Shown: positions 1-13,300 of the stretch, piece by piece
How positions within the stretch are numbered: the stretch's first letter is position 1
How the letters are laid out: the number at the start of each line of letters is the position of its first letter
Origin: Thalia democratica
Lineage: Eukaryota
DNA: 62,624 bases
Reading direction: 5' to 3'
Assembly: GCA_965202585.1 (NCBI GenBank)
Contig: CBDBBG010000332.1
Location: 1-62,624 of the forward strand
Translations under genes and position numbers: made by a program
Notes under the pieces: model-generated
Told to the model about the DNA's origin: nothing
Seen by the model: only the letters and a program-made list of their open reading frames with translations
The model's database searches: none

Positions 1-2845
1 CAATTGTAAGATAGTTTTATTTTATGATGTTAAACTTACCCATTGAACAATTTAGAGTTTTAAATACATTTAGCTGTTTATGATAAACTCATTAAGTGAT
101 TATTCATGGAATACTAAACAACAAAATAACATTATCTAACTCTTTTTTATGCATCATCTGGTTTTAAGCTTATACAATTGGATTATCTTTTAAAGCTCAA
201 ATTTTTAAGTATTTTATTTATTATGAGAAATACGATTTTGAATTACTAAAATACTAATAGGCCTACTAACTTAAAATAAACCATTTTCACTGAAAACCTA
301 TTGGTTGCAGTGATGTCTTGTAAAAATTATCAGTTGTCAAACTGGATTTTAGCCATGCATTGTAACTTAAAAAGTTAGGTTTTGTTTAAATTAATACTTA
401 TGTATCAAAATGTAGTTTAAGTTAATTGTTATTTAATATCATTTTGTACCCTAGTTGACAATAACTATGTTGTATCAAAAGTATTATTAACTAACTAAAT
501 ATCTGGTTATCATACTAGTAAATCAAGTATCATACTACCTTATACATTATAGTTTATATTATGTTTTTTTAGTAGAGGTTTAAATATATTTTAAAAGTTT
601 CAAAACTGCAAATATTTCTGCTTAGTTATAAATATAACACTCCATAAAGTAATTAAGGCAAGTAAAAAGACTTTAAACACAAAAATTTGAGTTGTTTTGT
701 ATTATATAAACTACTTCTCAGTAGATAATGCTTACAAAGCATTTATTCATTAAAGTTATTCATTCAATATTCATTTAATATTCATTCAATTTTCATTCAA
801 TATTCATTAGTATTGCATTAAAAAAAGTTTTTAAGTTTTTCAAGTTTTATTTAAGAGATTGTTTTATTAGCTTTTATTTATAAATAAATGAATGATGCAG
901 TAGTAAAATTAATAAACTCTGAGTCTTTTCTTAAACGCCTATGATGTTAATAATATTTTAATATTTAATATTTAATTATTTTATTGTAAATATAATTTTA
1001 AAATATTAACAAAATGGTTCTTTTTAAATAAATTAAATGCATTTTATATACGTTTATCAATACTTGGTCTTTAGTACTTTTGCTTACCTTGAGTTTGGTA
1101 TAATTTAAACACCTAAATTATTATACTTTTGTATGTTTTTATACAACAATTTCAATTTCATAGTTGCAATAATGTTTACTTTATTTAGATTATTTTTGTT
1201 TTTGGGACATTTTGGGCTTACGGCTGTTTTGGGAGCTGTGTTCAATGAGTTTAATTTTAAACCATTTTGTACTAAATTTAGGTAGAAAAAGCTTTCTTTT
1301 TGACGTACTATTTTACTGAAATGCATATATTTGCTTTATAAATAATTAACAAAGTCTAACTTACATACTATAAACTTTGTGGTTTTGTTTACGAATTCTT
1401 TTTGTTTTATTTTTTGTTTGTATTTTTTGCAGAACTATCATAGTTTTTAAATGTATTTTAAAAGTTAAATAGGTAAAAAAAATATTCAGAATTTAAAAGC
1501 TCGTGTTTTTAATGATTACACTTGTATAAGTTTTAGTTTTATACTTTTGCCAGTTGTTCAAAACTTTTAATAAAAAAGATTCTTCAACTAAAGTGAAAAG
1601 AATGCGTTTGTTATATTCGTCTAGTACATTTAGTATTGATTTTTCAAATATATTTTTATAAGAATTTTTTTTTTTAACGTCAAAAAAGATACGTAAATAA
1701 ATGTGTTTTTTTTTTAGAAAAAATTTCCATGATTAATCTTAACAAGATCATTACTTATATTTTGTGAAAATCTCTTTTTATACCTTCGACTTCCAATAAG
1801 AAAATTGATATGAGCGTAAATAGAAATATTCAATTATCATGTGCTAAAAAATGCTTAGATAAAATTTACTTTTCAGTTTTTACAAAGTAAAAAGTATTCA
1901 TCTACTATATTTGTACATTTTTTGAAGTTTTATAAATGCGATTTTTTTAATAAGCATTTTTACGTTTTGCTTTACAGGAAGGACTTTAAAAAAATTGTGA
2001 TCTAACACATTTCTTGTAACAGAACTTTAGTTAACCAAACATTTACAGAGAGTTATGTCAGGTTACAACAATTCAGGAAATTGTAGGTCACGAGGTAAAA
2101 AAAGGTCAAGATCACCAAGTCGTACGAGATTTAGGTCATCGAGTTATAAAAGATCTAAATTACCAATTAGAAGTTTCGATCATGGGTCGAATCTGTATAA
2201 AAGTAAGGCACGGCAGTTTGGGGATATGTTAGTTTTTCTAATTTTTATTTTACACTGGGTTTTAGTTCATATCTTGCTATAATATAACTTTATTGATAAA
2301 AGTTATTAAATTCAAAGTATAAAACCTGTGCAAAGACTTTTTAAAAACTTCTCAACTATCATTTCATCACATTTTAATTATAACTTTTCTTAACATTATT
2401 AATGACTAATACTACCGAGTACTTAATTAATAAACCAAATGAATAATGGTCAAAACCTATTTTTCAAATATATTGCAAATGTAGTATAAAAAGTTGAAAA
2501 ATATTTAGAATTCCAAATGCAAACAGAGGAATAAAGCCAAGCTACGACAAGAGATCAAAGAATCGTATGAGGTTTGTTTAAAAAATAAACAACTATTGCT
2601 ACTTGTTAATTAGCTAAATTGTATGGATCTAAGTTTTTTAGTCCTTTAATGAATATAAAAGAAAGCTTAAAACTTCTACATATATTTTAACTAGACTTTT
2701 TGTAATGTTGTAAGTAGTATTCTGCTTTATTTTTGACAGTTTAATTTATTAAGAAAACATAGATAGTTACATTTATACCTTTGTGATCAGCAAATTATTA
2801 GAGGAAAATTAAATAGAGTCGTTCATAAGACATAGCCTACAGCTG
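1..2845 (+). repeat. Near-identical segmental duplication of 31969-34812 (may extend beyond the window start)
   Basis: Sequence and ORFs recur at offset 31968/31967 (ORFs 1105/33073 and 2055/34022 give identical proteins). Identity ends at CAGCTG (2845 = 34812). Confidence 0.95.
2055..2845 (+). pseudogene. Truncated copy of the RS-repeat gene (exon 1 2055-2227, exon 2 2509-2571 only)
   Basis: Matches exons 1-2 of the copy at 34022. Homology stops inside intron 2 and is replaced by unrelated sequence, so the RS exon and downstream exons are absent. Confidence 0.8.
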
Positions 2846-3059
2846 CCGAATACAATCACGCTGACTTCATACCGAGTTATGACGTCACAATTAATTGGCA
2901 AAAAAATCAAAGTCTACGTGTTTTGTTAGTGAACGAAGTAGCGAGATATCGCATAGCAAAATCTATTTAGTCGATCAAAAAACATCCACAAGCACTGAAG
3001 TTTATGTAATGGACAACAGTCCTTGTTCGAGTGATAAAACAGAAGTTTCATGAGTGATT

Positions 3060-3410
3060 GTCTCACCAAGATACGAGCATAACGCTTCCTAGTAGTGCTC
3101 TTTCGCTTTGTTAAAAGAGCTCTCACCCTTGGATATTGAAGTCAACCTTTTGTTGATAAGTTTAGGTACTTTGTTGACAAAATATTGAACATTGACATAT
3201 GTTGCTTAGAATTTTGGTGCTTTGTATGGTACATAAGTGTAATTGCGAAGGTCTAGCTCTACATCTAAACAATTCCTTCTTATCAGAAGTCTATAGTTAT
3301 TTTTAAGTCAAATATAACGAGCACGTTTTCAAGTCTTTTTGAAAGTCGCTCTAGAATTGGATCTGACTTACTTACTACGATCGCTAAGTCATCTTTATAT
3401 CATCTCTATA
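3060..3410 (-). mobile_element. Degenerate Penelope-like element (PLE) reverse transcriptase fragment
   Basis: Minus-strand translation across stops and frameshifts: YRDD/YKDDLAIVV...ERLSKRLENVLVIFDLKITID...CLDVELDLRNYTYVPYKAP...VPKLINKRLTSISKGESSFNKAKEHY*EAL. This follows the PLE RT pattern YRDDGL...LKIT...FLDVxLDL...YxPYRKP...INKRLSxIS..FNKAKxxYxEAL. Confidence 0.8.
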
Positions 3411-3945
3411 TATATATAAGTCATCTATGTTTTTAGATAAAAAAACAATTAGTCAGATAAAACATTATTACTTTATATCATAAAAAGTTTCTTTTGTTAC
3501 TTCAGTAAAGTTTTAGACTTTAAACTGAAGTAGCTTATTGTTTAGAATAAGTGAGATTCTGTTTGATAAAAACAACAAATTTTATCAAAACATTTTGTTG
3601 GTAAAAATATTATCTACTAATAACGATGAAAACAACTTGTTTTTAGTAATTTTAACTTTAAGAATTAAATTCTTACATTTAAAATTATCACACTTAAACA
3701 TAAAGTTTTAACAAAAAATTTAAGAAAAAAATTGAGATATGTGTATCTGTTTTTGTGATATTTGTGTTAGTATTTAGTTTTAAATTTGAATTTTTTACTT
3801 ATCATTTTTGTTAGGTAAAGAAATAAAATTTGATTTAAAGTCAGATCTTATTGTGTTTTACCTGTTTTAAATTAGTTTTTGAAGTCTTTAAATAAGGTCA
3901 GTTGATTGAAAAACACCTAGTTTCATAACTAGTTCTCGCGACTGT

Positions 3946-3988
3946 ACCTGTTTGACGAGTCCTAATTAGGACGAAACCGGTCGTAGGT
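3946..3988 (+). ncRNA. Minimal type I hammerhead ribozyme, variant core (UUGACGA)
   Basis: ACCTGT-TTGACGA-GTCC taatta GGAC-GAAA-CCGG-TC-GTAGGT. Stem I has 2 G-U pairs, stem II is 4 bp, stem III is palindromic (ACCGGU), and the GUC cleavage triplet ends at 3982. C3 is replaced by U. Confidence 0.7.
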
Positions 3989-5087
3989 TGCCTCGGATGC
4001 TGTTGTTGTTGATCGACTGGTAAAATTCAATATTATTTAGTTTACAAAGGTAACAACCGTAATAAACCGAAACAACTATTGTGCTAAACGAAGTTTATAA
4101 AATAATTTTATAAAACTTTTTATTTTAATTTTATTAAATAGTATAAAAAAAAAAAACTTTTTTTTTTAATTTTTGTTCATTGAAAAAAATTGTTTAAAAA
4201 TAATAAAGATTAGATAGCTTTTAATAAAAACTAAATTTGACAAGTAAAACGTATAAACGTTTGTTCACACTTTAAGAAAAGTTGCTTTAAAATAAACTTT
4301 TAAACTATAGCTGCTTAATTGTGTGAGTTTTAAGAAGGAAGTGGAGATCAAAGTTTAAATAATTAAAATATTTTTAAATGTAAAATTTGTTTACTATTGC
4401 TTTGTATCAAGTAGAACAGCAAGTGTTGTACTATGCATTTATTTTTAGTTCTACACTTATTTTTTAGCATATTGTTATTTAAAAAACTGTTATGTTTAGA
4501 ATGTTTTACAAGAGTTTGGAAGTAATTTAAAATAAAACGATCGACATAATACTTATGTTAGCAGTGAATATAAGTTAGAGTAAACTTTAATCTTTTTTTT
4601 TTGTTTAATACGAGCAGCTTATACAACAAATTTTTGATTAATAGTTAAAACTAATTTTATCTAACTAGCTTAATGAATATTATTGTAAATTATTTGTACT
4701 TTTTCTCAGAAAGTGTAAATATTTTTAAAGTTATTTTGAATAGATTAAATCAATTTGATTAGTACATTTCAATAGAAAACATTTTGTAAACCAATAAGTT
4801 TGTTGGTTTTAAGCTTGATATATGAAAAAAGACATAATTTTTAACTTTTAAAACAGTTTAGTTACTAATTACATATTAGAGTTTTCAAACGAGCTTGAAA
4901 TTGTTACTTGTCAAAAGTTAGTCTATCTAAGAAGCACTGAATTCTTTTACTTTTTAATGAAATATCTCAAAAAGCATGAAGAAGTAATTTACATCATGCC
5001 ATTTTTCTTAATAGCATCAGCAACTGAACAAGTTTAAACTGTCTAACACACTCTTACAGCTTAAATAACGAAGGAGAATTTTTAGAA

Positions 5088-8000
5088 ATGGTTAGAAAGA
5101 TAATTTCGTTCGGAATAGTTATACTTGCTCTATATATATACAAAATACACCATCCTGTGCCTAGTGACTGTGAGGACTATTTGGTTTCACAAATATTTAC
5201 TGATACTCTTCACACGTTTGCATTATTAGTAAGTTTTACAGTTATAGAGTATTTAGTTAGCACGGCTTGTATAACATTAAAAGAATAAAAACTAAGAAAT
5301 TTTGATTATTTTGTTTACTGACAATGCGGTTTAGTTGGGTACTTTTTTAACCTCAAAAATATTAATTTATTCATAATGTGTCGTTAAAAAACTTGTAAAA
5401 GTAAAGAACAATGTAATAGATTCTTTTATTAGTTGTATTATTTAAAAGAAAATACAAATTACGTTTATTTAAGTTAAAATAAGTTTTATCAAAGTGGCTA
5501 GATAATTAAAAATATTTTAAAGTTATTAAAGTCTAATATTTTATTTATGTAGCTTAATTATACATTATAATTAATTTGAAATATCTTATTATAATTTTGT
5601 ATTAGTTTTCTATCTACTAAGCATTAATTATAACAAATAAACGTTAGATATATAATGACCTAAAAATAGTTTAGGGCTGTAAATAGTTTTTTATATCAGA
5701 TTGCTTTTAAGTCTATTGAAGGTTTTTTTTTATTAAGAGTAATTTAAGTAAAGATGATTTCTTTGTTTATAGCTAGTAATCGACTGAATAAAAAACAAAT
5801 AAGTTTATTAACAGTAATCTTTAAACTTTTTTCTACAAACTTACATTTATTTTTAATCAGGGAGAATTTTTTAAAAATTTGGGACTTCACAGATCGACTC
5901 CATTTATTATGTTTGAACAAATTCAACTACTATTGCAAGGAAACATACGCAGTGATTTAAAAATTCATTATGACAAATATGCAGGTGTTCCATCTATCGT
6001 AATTAAACCAAAAAGTTAGTAAATAATTTTTATTGGATTTAAACCTTAAGTACCATATATGAACTTATTTGTGCAACAATTTAAAAGCTTAATTACCATT
6101 ACAAAAATTTAAGTTTAAAGTTGTTGCTTGTATTCGAACATTTTAAATGCTTAAATTTTTAAAAATTATAGAAAAAACATCAAAGTGGTTTGTTCAAAAA
6201 TAATTACTTACTATTTATTTTACTTTTACTAACTAATGCATAGATAAATATCAAACATTATTAGCTAATTTATTTAAATGCATAACAAATATATAAAACA
6301 TTCTCCCAAGTTTTTTTGTATTAGTTTATACGTATTACACTACTCTTCTTCAGAACCTAACAGTAGAACAAATTTAAAACTATGAGTAGTTTTTTGAACA
6401 AAAACACAAAAATTTAAAACTAACAAAGTAATAAGCGCAATAGATAATCAGTGTGAAGTAATAAATTATTTATTGCGCTTATTACTTTGTTAATTTTAAG
6501 TTTTTGTGTTTTTGTTTAAAAGACTATTCCTAATTTTAAATTTGTTTTACTTTTAGGTTCTGACGAAAAGTAGTGTAATACAGAAAAACTTGGGAGAATG
6601 TTTTGCATATATGTTATGCATAGATAAATGATTATATAGTTCTATCTTTTTTTTTTATTAGTTATATCAGCTTTCAGTTAATGTAAATAGTGTTTATTAT
6701 TTCAAACTATATAACAGTAACAACTGCTGAAGCAACAATTTGTTTTATTTAAATTAACAGATATGGTGATTCAAACTTATTTCAAACTGATTTAATATTT
6801 TAGCAAGTAAAATGCCTTTGACAACTATAAATATTTTTTTACAACAGAGAATAATGAAAAACTACCTACAATTGTTTATTACCACGGAGGTGGCTAGACT
6901 ATTGGAAGCATTGGTTTGATTTTATTAAAATTATTAATACTAGTTATTACATTAAAAAAATTACATAACATATTGCTTTTAGCATGTGTTATTCATAGAC
7001 TGTTTTATTTACAAACTGATACATTAAACATAACATTAAAATCTAGCTTTTATGGTTTATTTCTGTCACAATTACATAACATTAGTTTGTTTATTATTAT
7101 CAGAATCTTACAAAAAGGTTTTGGCGCATATGGCAATTCACACCAATTCAATTGTGATGTCACCTGAGTAAGTTTGGCAAAAAAATACAGTTTTAACTTT
7201 TCTTTTTATTTTTCATATTGTTAGAATATTACAAAATTAATTTCTGATTTCTTTTGTTTTTCGAAATTAAAGTAAAACTCAATACAGTTATTTGAACTAT
7301 CCTTTCTTAAAAACATTACTTATTTTTATTAGTTTTCACGTTTTACAAGTTTAAATCATGTTAAATAAATATTAACGAATTTGTTACACAATTCATTTGA
7401 TTTAAAACTTGATGAAGTTTAAAGAGATAAATTGCTTATCTATTATTAGCAAATTGAGAAGAAATAGCATAGTTTATTTTAAAAAATATGTTTCAAAAAA
7501 GGTTTATTTTAAATAAAATTTTGTTAGTAGTGCTTATTAAGTGATAATAAAAATTAATGTTAAAAACAGCTACAGATTATCACCAGAACATCCGTTTCCA
7601 ATTCCATACGAAGACTGTTTAAAATCGACTGTTGAATTTCTGTCATCATGCGAAAAAGAATATAATTGTGACGTAAACAAAGTGGTGTTAGCGGGAGATA
7701 GTGCAGGTATGTTAGTTAGATAAGATAAAGTTTTACATTTATAGGTAAACTATGTACGTTATGATGAATTTAAAAAGAACAAAAATGTTAAGCTCAACTA
7801 ATTTTAATTAACCATTGATAAAATAATTATTTAATATATTTCAAAACAATGCTTAAAAGATTTTGTTTTTTAAATCTTGACAGTATAAGAAAAGTGTAGC
7901 TTTTTTGAATGATAATAAAATGAAATACATGATTAGTTTATTACAATAAATGTAAACATAATACATATTAGGAGAAAATTTAGCAATGTCTATCACAAAC

Positions 8001-10334
8001 ACTTTATTGAAGAACAACGAGCTTTCTATCACATCACCAGTGATGCAAGTCCTCATTTACCGTTCAGTACAAATGGTCAACTTTGATCTGGACAGCATTC
8101 AGATGCGAGGTATTGACGGAAACCCTTTGATGCCCACCTGGCTTCTCTACAGCTTCGTGATGTCATACTGGGGGTTGGTTGCAGTTTTGTGACGTCACAA
8201 TGATGTTATATTGTTCTAATCGCTTTAACTTTTTTTTTCATATTTACTTATAATATTGGATCGTTTTATGTTGTCTAAGGTTTTGTATTTTTATTATTAG
8301 CTAGTTTTTACAGCTCTATAACTTAATCAATTTCTCTATATGTCTTCAAGTTGATACATTTGTGACGTCATAAATAATATGACTGTATGACCATTTGAAA
8401 CGACTTTTTATGTACTCATTATGAACAGAAGCCTTTTTTTTATCATCATTCTTCTTATGTAATTTTATTAAATGTAAATAGCTTCGTTTTTAAACAAACT
8501 ACTTTAAAATACTTTTAAACTTTACCCTGTCATGTTAACACATACAGCGTATATTACTTCGCACAATATGAAGTTACACATCATAATTTAAAAACTGTAC
8601 ATAACATATAGACATTCTTTTTTATTACTTTAATACTTTAAAAAGCCACTTGCTTTTCTTTTTGATTTAAATTTAGTTATTATAAATTTGCTTATGTTGA
8701 TATTTTTCGCTAAAAACTAAAACGAATACAAAACAACCACCAACTAGTAAATATCAATTCTATAACCATTATAAGTTAATAGAGTTATTAAAACTTAAAA
8801 GCTGTTAAGCGTTAACCAGTGTAATTTTAATAAAAAAAAGAAAAAAAATATTTAAGTACTTATTGTTTAATGGTTATAAATGCTATTAAAGTACATAAGT
8901 ATTTAGTTTGTTTGCATAAAAATGCGATAATTTATAAAAACTAAGTAGGCTTCGTATTTTAGATGAGATTTTATTTTCATCTAAATTTTTTGCTTTTTTC
9001 TTATTTTTTTCCGCATTATTTAAATTTTTCAGATAAAGATGTTGCAGCCTAATATATACTAATAAACGCATAACGCTGTATATAAAAGTTAAAAATATGT
9101 TTGAAGTTACTTCAACATTTTTCTAAATATATTTTTTAGGTTAGAAAGTGAGGCCCATCTGAGGGATTTACTCGATGAAAATAGACATATTGATGTTACG
9201 AACAAAGATATAGCCGATAAGCTCAAATGGGTTAAAAATCATTACCTTGATGAAAAGTAAGAAGTTTTCAAAATTGTCAAACAAAACGTGTTAACTAGTT
9301 TTAACTAACTTAATTAAGTTCCAATTTCTACACCAACTTTATTATCTTATAACTAAATAACTATTTTTATAGCAGCTTGTTCAAATTATTAACCTAAATA
9401 TTTATTAGTGTTGAGAATCTGAAAGAAAAAGTGTTCATGTTTAACTGAAGCTAATGACAGTTTTGATGACTTTTAAAGGTTTTTAAATGTTTCTTTTATA
9501 ATAAATCAGCTACATAAAGTGTCAAAAAATATTATTCAATGTTATTGATAAAGAAAATTTAAAATTAAAATATACACGTTTTTGTTTCAGAAATAAGCAT
9601 TACATTTTTTAAGCATAAAAAATATATAAACTAACAATAATTTATTAGCTTTCTAAACAGCATTTAAGCTTATTTTTATTTATGATTACTTAATATCTAT
9701 CCTACTAAATGTTTTCATTGTAATGTTTTTTTTGTATGATAATTTCAATAAGTGTTGTATTAAAAGTAAAAAAAAAGCAATGAAGCCAGTTAAATCCGAA
9801 TCAGATGAGATCAAATTGTTTCAATCAAAAGTAAGCAAACTTGTATTGGATCCGAGAGTGTGTCCTTTGATGGAAAATGATGAAAATTTGTCGAAACTTC
9901 CGAGGACACACGTCCTTGTTTGTGGATACGATCAGCTCCGAGACGACAGGGTGAACTATTTTATTGTAATAAATAAATATTAAAGCAAAAATTAAAAATT
10001 TTAGTACTTTTGTTATATCTTTGAAAAACATTAAAGTTTAAAATAGTTATAAAAATTGAAACTATTTATTGTTTTCGTTTTCTGTAGCTAAAAAAGATTG
10101 TGTTTGTCTGAAAACATACTAATTTTATTAAACTTACTATCAACTTATTTAATTCAGTTTATTGTTGTGGAAAAGTTGCGCAGTTTAGGAGTGAACACGA
10201 CGCTCCAATACTTACCCCGATCACTTCACGGATCATTTAACATTGGGAGCGATTTGGAGTCCGAATCTAGTTACTACTGGCAACAGAACCTGCTTCTTTT
10301 TAAACATATAAAAGATTATACTTCACAGATTTAA
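5088..10334 (+). pseudogene. Arylacetamide deacetylase/NCEH1-like (HSL/GDXG family) esterase with an in-frame TAG; exons 5088-5228, 5861-6014, 6848-6913, 7104-7167, 7570-7706, 7972-8173, 9140-9256, 9767-9950, 10158-10334 (~413 aa if read through)
   Basis: N-terminal signal-anchor MVRKIISFGIVILALYIYKIHHPVP; YYHGGG*TIGS; DYRLSPEHPFPIPYEDC; GDSAG; YDQLRDD; LHGSF. All exon phases join. TAG at 6895-6897 sits where Trp is expected. Confidence 0.85.
6288..6621. mobile_element. Fold-back (palindromic) MITE-like element in esterase intron 2
   Basis: Imperfect inverted arms along the whole length, e.g. AAAACATTCTCCCAAGTTTTT / AAAAACTTGGGAGAATGTTTT and AACAAAGTAATAAGCGCAATA / TATTGCGCTTATTACTTTGTT. Centre is near 6450. 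Confidence 0.7.
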
Positions 10335-13300
10335 AGATAATTCGATATTTGTTTTTCTATTTATCTAAAAGATACTTTAAATAGTTTGCTCAAGTTTTGT
10401 TTATTAGCTGCTGCAGTTGTATACAAATATTTTCGTCTAAATAGTCTACAATACTTTAACTACTTCAAAATAATTTATGTACAAAAGGGACGACTTGAAG
10501 TAGTTTCAGTAAAATTTTATTGTAAATTAGTTAACTGTTTTAGTTGTTTTAAAAAAAATCTTCAAAAATATAATTCTTTTTTTTTTGAAAAGGCGGTTTT
10601 TAAAAAATTTTTAAGTTTAAACCTTGTTTAGAAGTATTAAAACAATATTCGAAAAAGTTACAAAGTTTAGGGCTAGTAGACTAAAAGTTCACTTGTTGTT
10701 TTAAGTTACATGGTTCGCTAGAAGTTTCTACATGACAGCCAAATCCGACTTGCGGGTCAAACGTTGCTCATCCCTAAACTACAATTATCTTTTTGCTAAC
10801 AACTAAAACTGTTTCCAATGCATTGATTCAAATTCAATTGTCGTTTTAACAACAAAAGACAATGAAATTAGATCAGGTAAGATCTGTAACGTGATTAAAT
10901 CTTTGTAGGTAAAAATATGTACTAAACAAAAACACTGATAAATGTTTGAACAAAAATCTAGATATGTGACTTAAAGTATATTGAAAGTAAACTGAAGTGC
11001 TAGTTTAGTGGTATTATTTTAATAGTTTAGTTTGAATGTTTTTTAAACATTTATTACACTTTTACAGCAACGTCTGTTTTATTAAGCAGTTTTTCGTTAC
11101 AAATTTAAAATGATTGTCCTATTTAATATGGTCGCAATAAAAAAGAGAAATCTATAATTTTATCATAAAAAAAAATAAAACATACCGATTGAGGGCAAGG
11201 GTTAGGGGTAATAGTGATAGTAAAAGAAAAATAATAGTGATAAAAAAAAAGAACAACTATTTTTTTAACCCGTTCAAAAGTGTCTTCGTGCAAATTTAAC
11301 CTTTGTGTATAGTTGACCCTTCTTGCCAAAGTGTATCTTCGTGCATTTTAAACTCCTATTCGTTTTTAAGTAACACTTTAATGTTTTCAGTTAAGAAAAT
11401 AGGTTTACTAAAAAAAAATTACCTTTATGCTATGAACTGTTACTTTTAAATTATATATTTATACATGTTTATGGTAAACAACGACTTTATAAAAGTCTGA
11501 TTAAGTTTAAGTTATTTTTTTTGACAATGTTTAAAAAGTAATTTTAATTCATATTTGAAGCCTACATTTACTTTTTGTACTACTTTTACTGCCTAATTTT
11601 AAAATTTTTTTAAAAAATTATTTTAGTTTGTTTATTTTCGTAATTTATTTTAGATAAAACGTTTAAGCATAGTTTGAGCATAAACTTGAATACAAATTAA
11701 AAACTGGTAAAAGTCTTGTTTATATGCAGTAAACTATAATGAAACTAGTTAAACAACAAATCGATCGACTAAAAAATGTTTTAATTTTTATTTGGAAACA
11801 GCCACTAAAATATTTATAAGATTTTAAAAAATTTAGATTGTACTTATGTCTAGTTGCTTTAGATTTACCTAAACATTTAATATCTGAATAGTTAACAGTT
11901 TGGTAAAAGCGTTAAAAATAATATGCAATTAATACTTAACCTTTTTTTAATAAAACAAAAAAAACGTCAAAAGTTATTGTTTATTTTTATTTTAAAAAAG
12001 GCTTTATTAATAAACATACACAGTAATAGTTTTTATACAAATTAATACAACATAACATTTTAAATTTAAACAATTTTTCAAATAAAAAGCTGTAAATTAC
12101 CTTTTAGTTTGTGCTCTAGTTTTATTGTTGTTAATTTGTCGCAAACATAAAATAAATGTTTTAAACAAACTTTTATTCGTGTTCGTAATGCAGTAACTCT
12201 AACTTACTACTAAACAAACTTTATTTACCATTTAATATTATCATTATTACTAACCATTTTTTTTTTGCTTCTAATCGTTGAAGTATATACTTAGTTTGTA
12301 TTTCAACAACTTGAAATGTTATTCATATTACTTCCGTGCTTATTGTATTGTTTGTGGAAAAATTTATATTTTTCCAACTATCTTGCAATCATTGTGACGC
12401 GACATAAAATAATTTTTACCTGCTTTGACTTATTTTCATTCTAGATTATAATGATCTATACAAATTTAGAACAAAATTGATATTTTTTTGCATAATTTTG
12501 ATGCACAGATTTCTATTTGGTAATTTATAATATTTTTGTTCATAAACTGTTTTTAAACAGTTTAATTTTTGTTCATGTTTTAAGTTAAAATGTCGTATAA
12601 AGTTTTGCAATAAAATATGTATGAGTGTTTTATACATTGATTATGTTTCTGAACACTAAGTTTAGGAAAAAATATATATAGAAAGTTTTAAAAACTTTAT
12701 TGATAAAGCTTTACTCTTTTAGAAAAATATATATAGTAAGTATGTCGTAGAAAGTATATTATGTTTAGTTAAATATTATTTATTGTAATGTTTAAATAAT
12801 AATAATAATAAAGTAGAGTTTTGATTCTCTAACATCATTTAAATCTTATTTAAAAATTTTTAAAAATGTTTTTATTACTTTAAATCTTTTTGTAGCTAAA
12901 GTGTTGTTTAGAACAAAACTGAAAAACTAAATATTTTTTTTTTATAATTTAGATATCTATCTATATAAACGAAACTATAGCAAACTTAATGTTTAAGATT
13001 TTCATTACAATTTAAATATTATAAATTTTTAATAACTTAAAAGTCAAAACGTGTTAATTTTTACCTCCTGTATTTTAAAATGGCAATGTCTGCTAAACTT
13101 TTTTTGGACAAAAATATTCATTTATAAAGTATATCGTAGTATAAGAGAATATAAATTAAGTATATTCTATGTTAATTTTAGAATGAATTATATGTTTTCT
13201 GTTTTATTTTTTTTTGATTAACAAAGACACTATAAATAAAGTTAAGTGCTTCACTTGATATTATTATTAAAAGTGATTTAAATAAAGTATGTACTTTGCT

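Noticed and set aside
885-925. snoRNA box C/D-like ATGATG...CTGA in the repeat subunits
   Set aside because: Box C is imperfect, spacing is too short, and there is no terminal stem or guide conservation.
1105-1326. 73-aa minus-strand ORF repeated at 33073
   Set aside because: The frame is not preserved in the diverged homologous subunits (26640-26770, 30660-30790).
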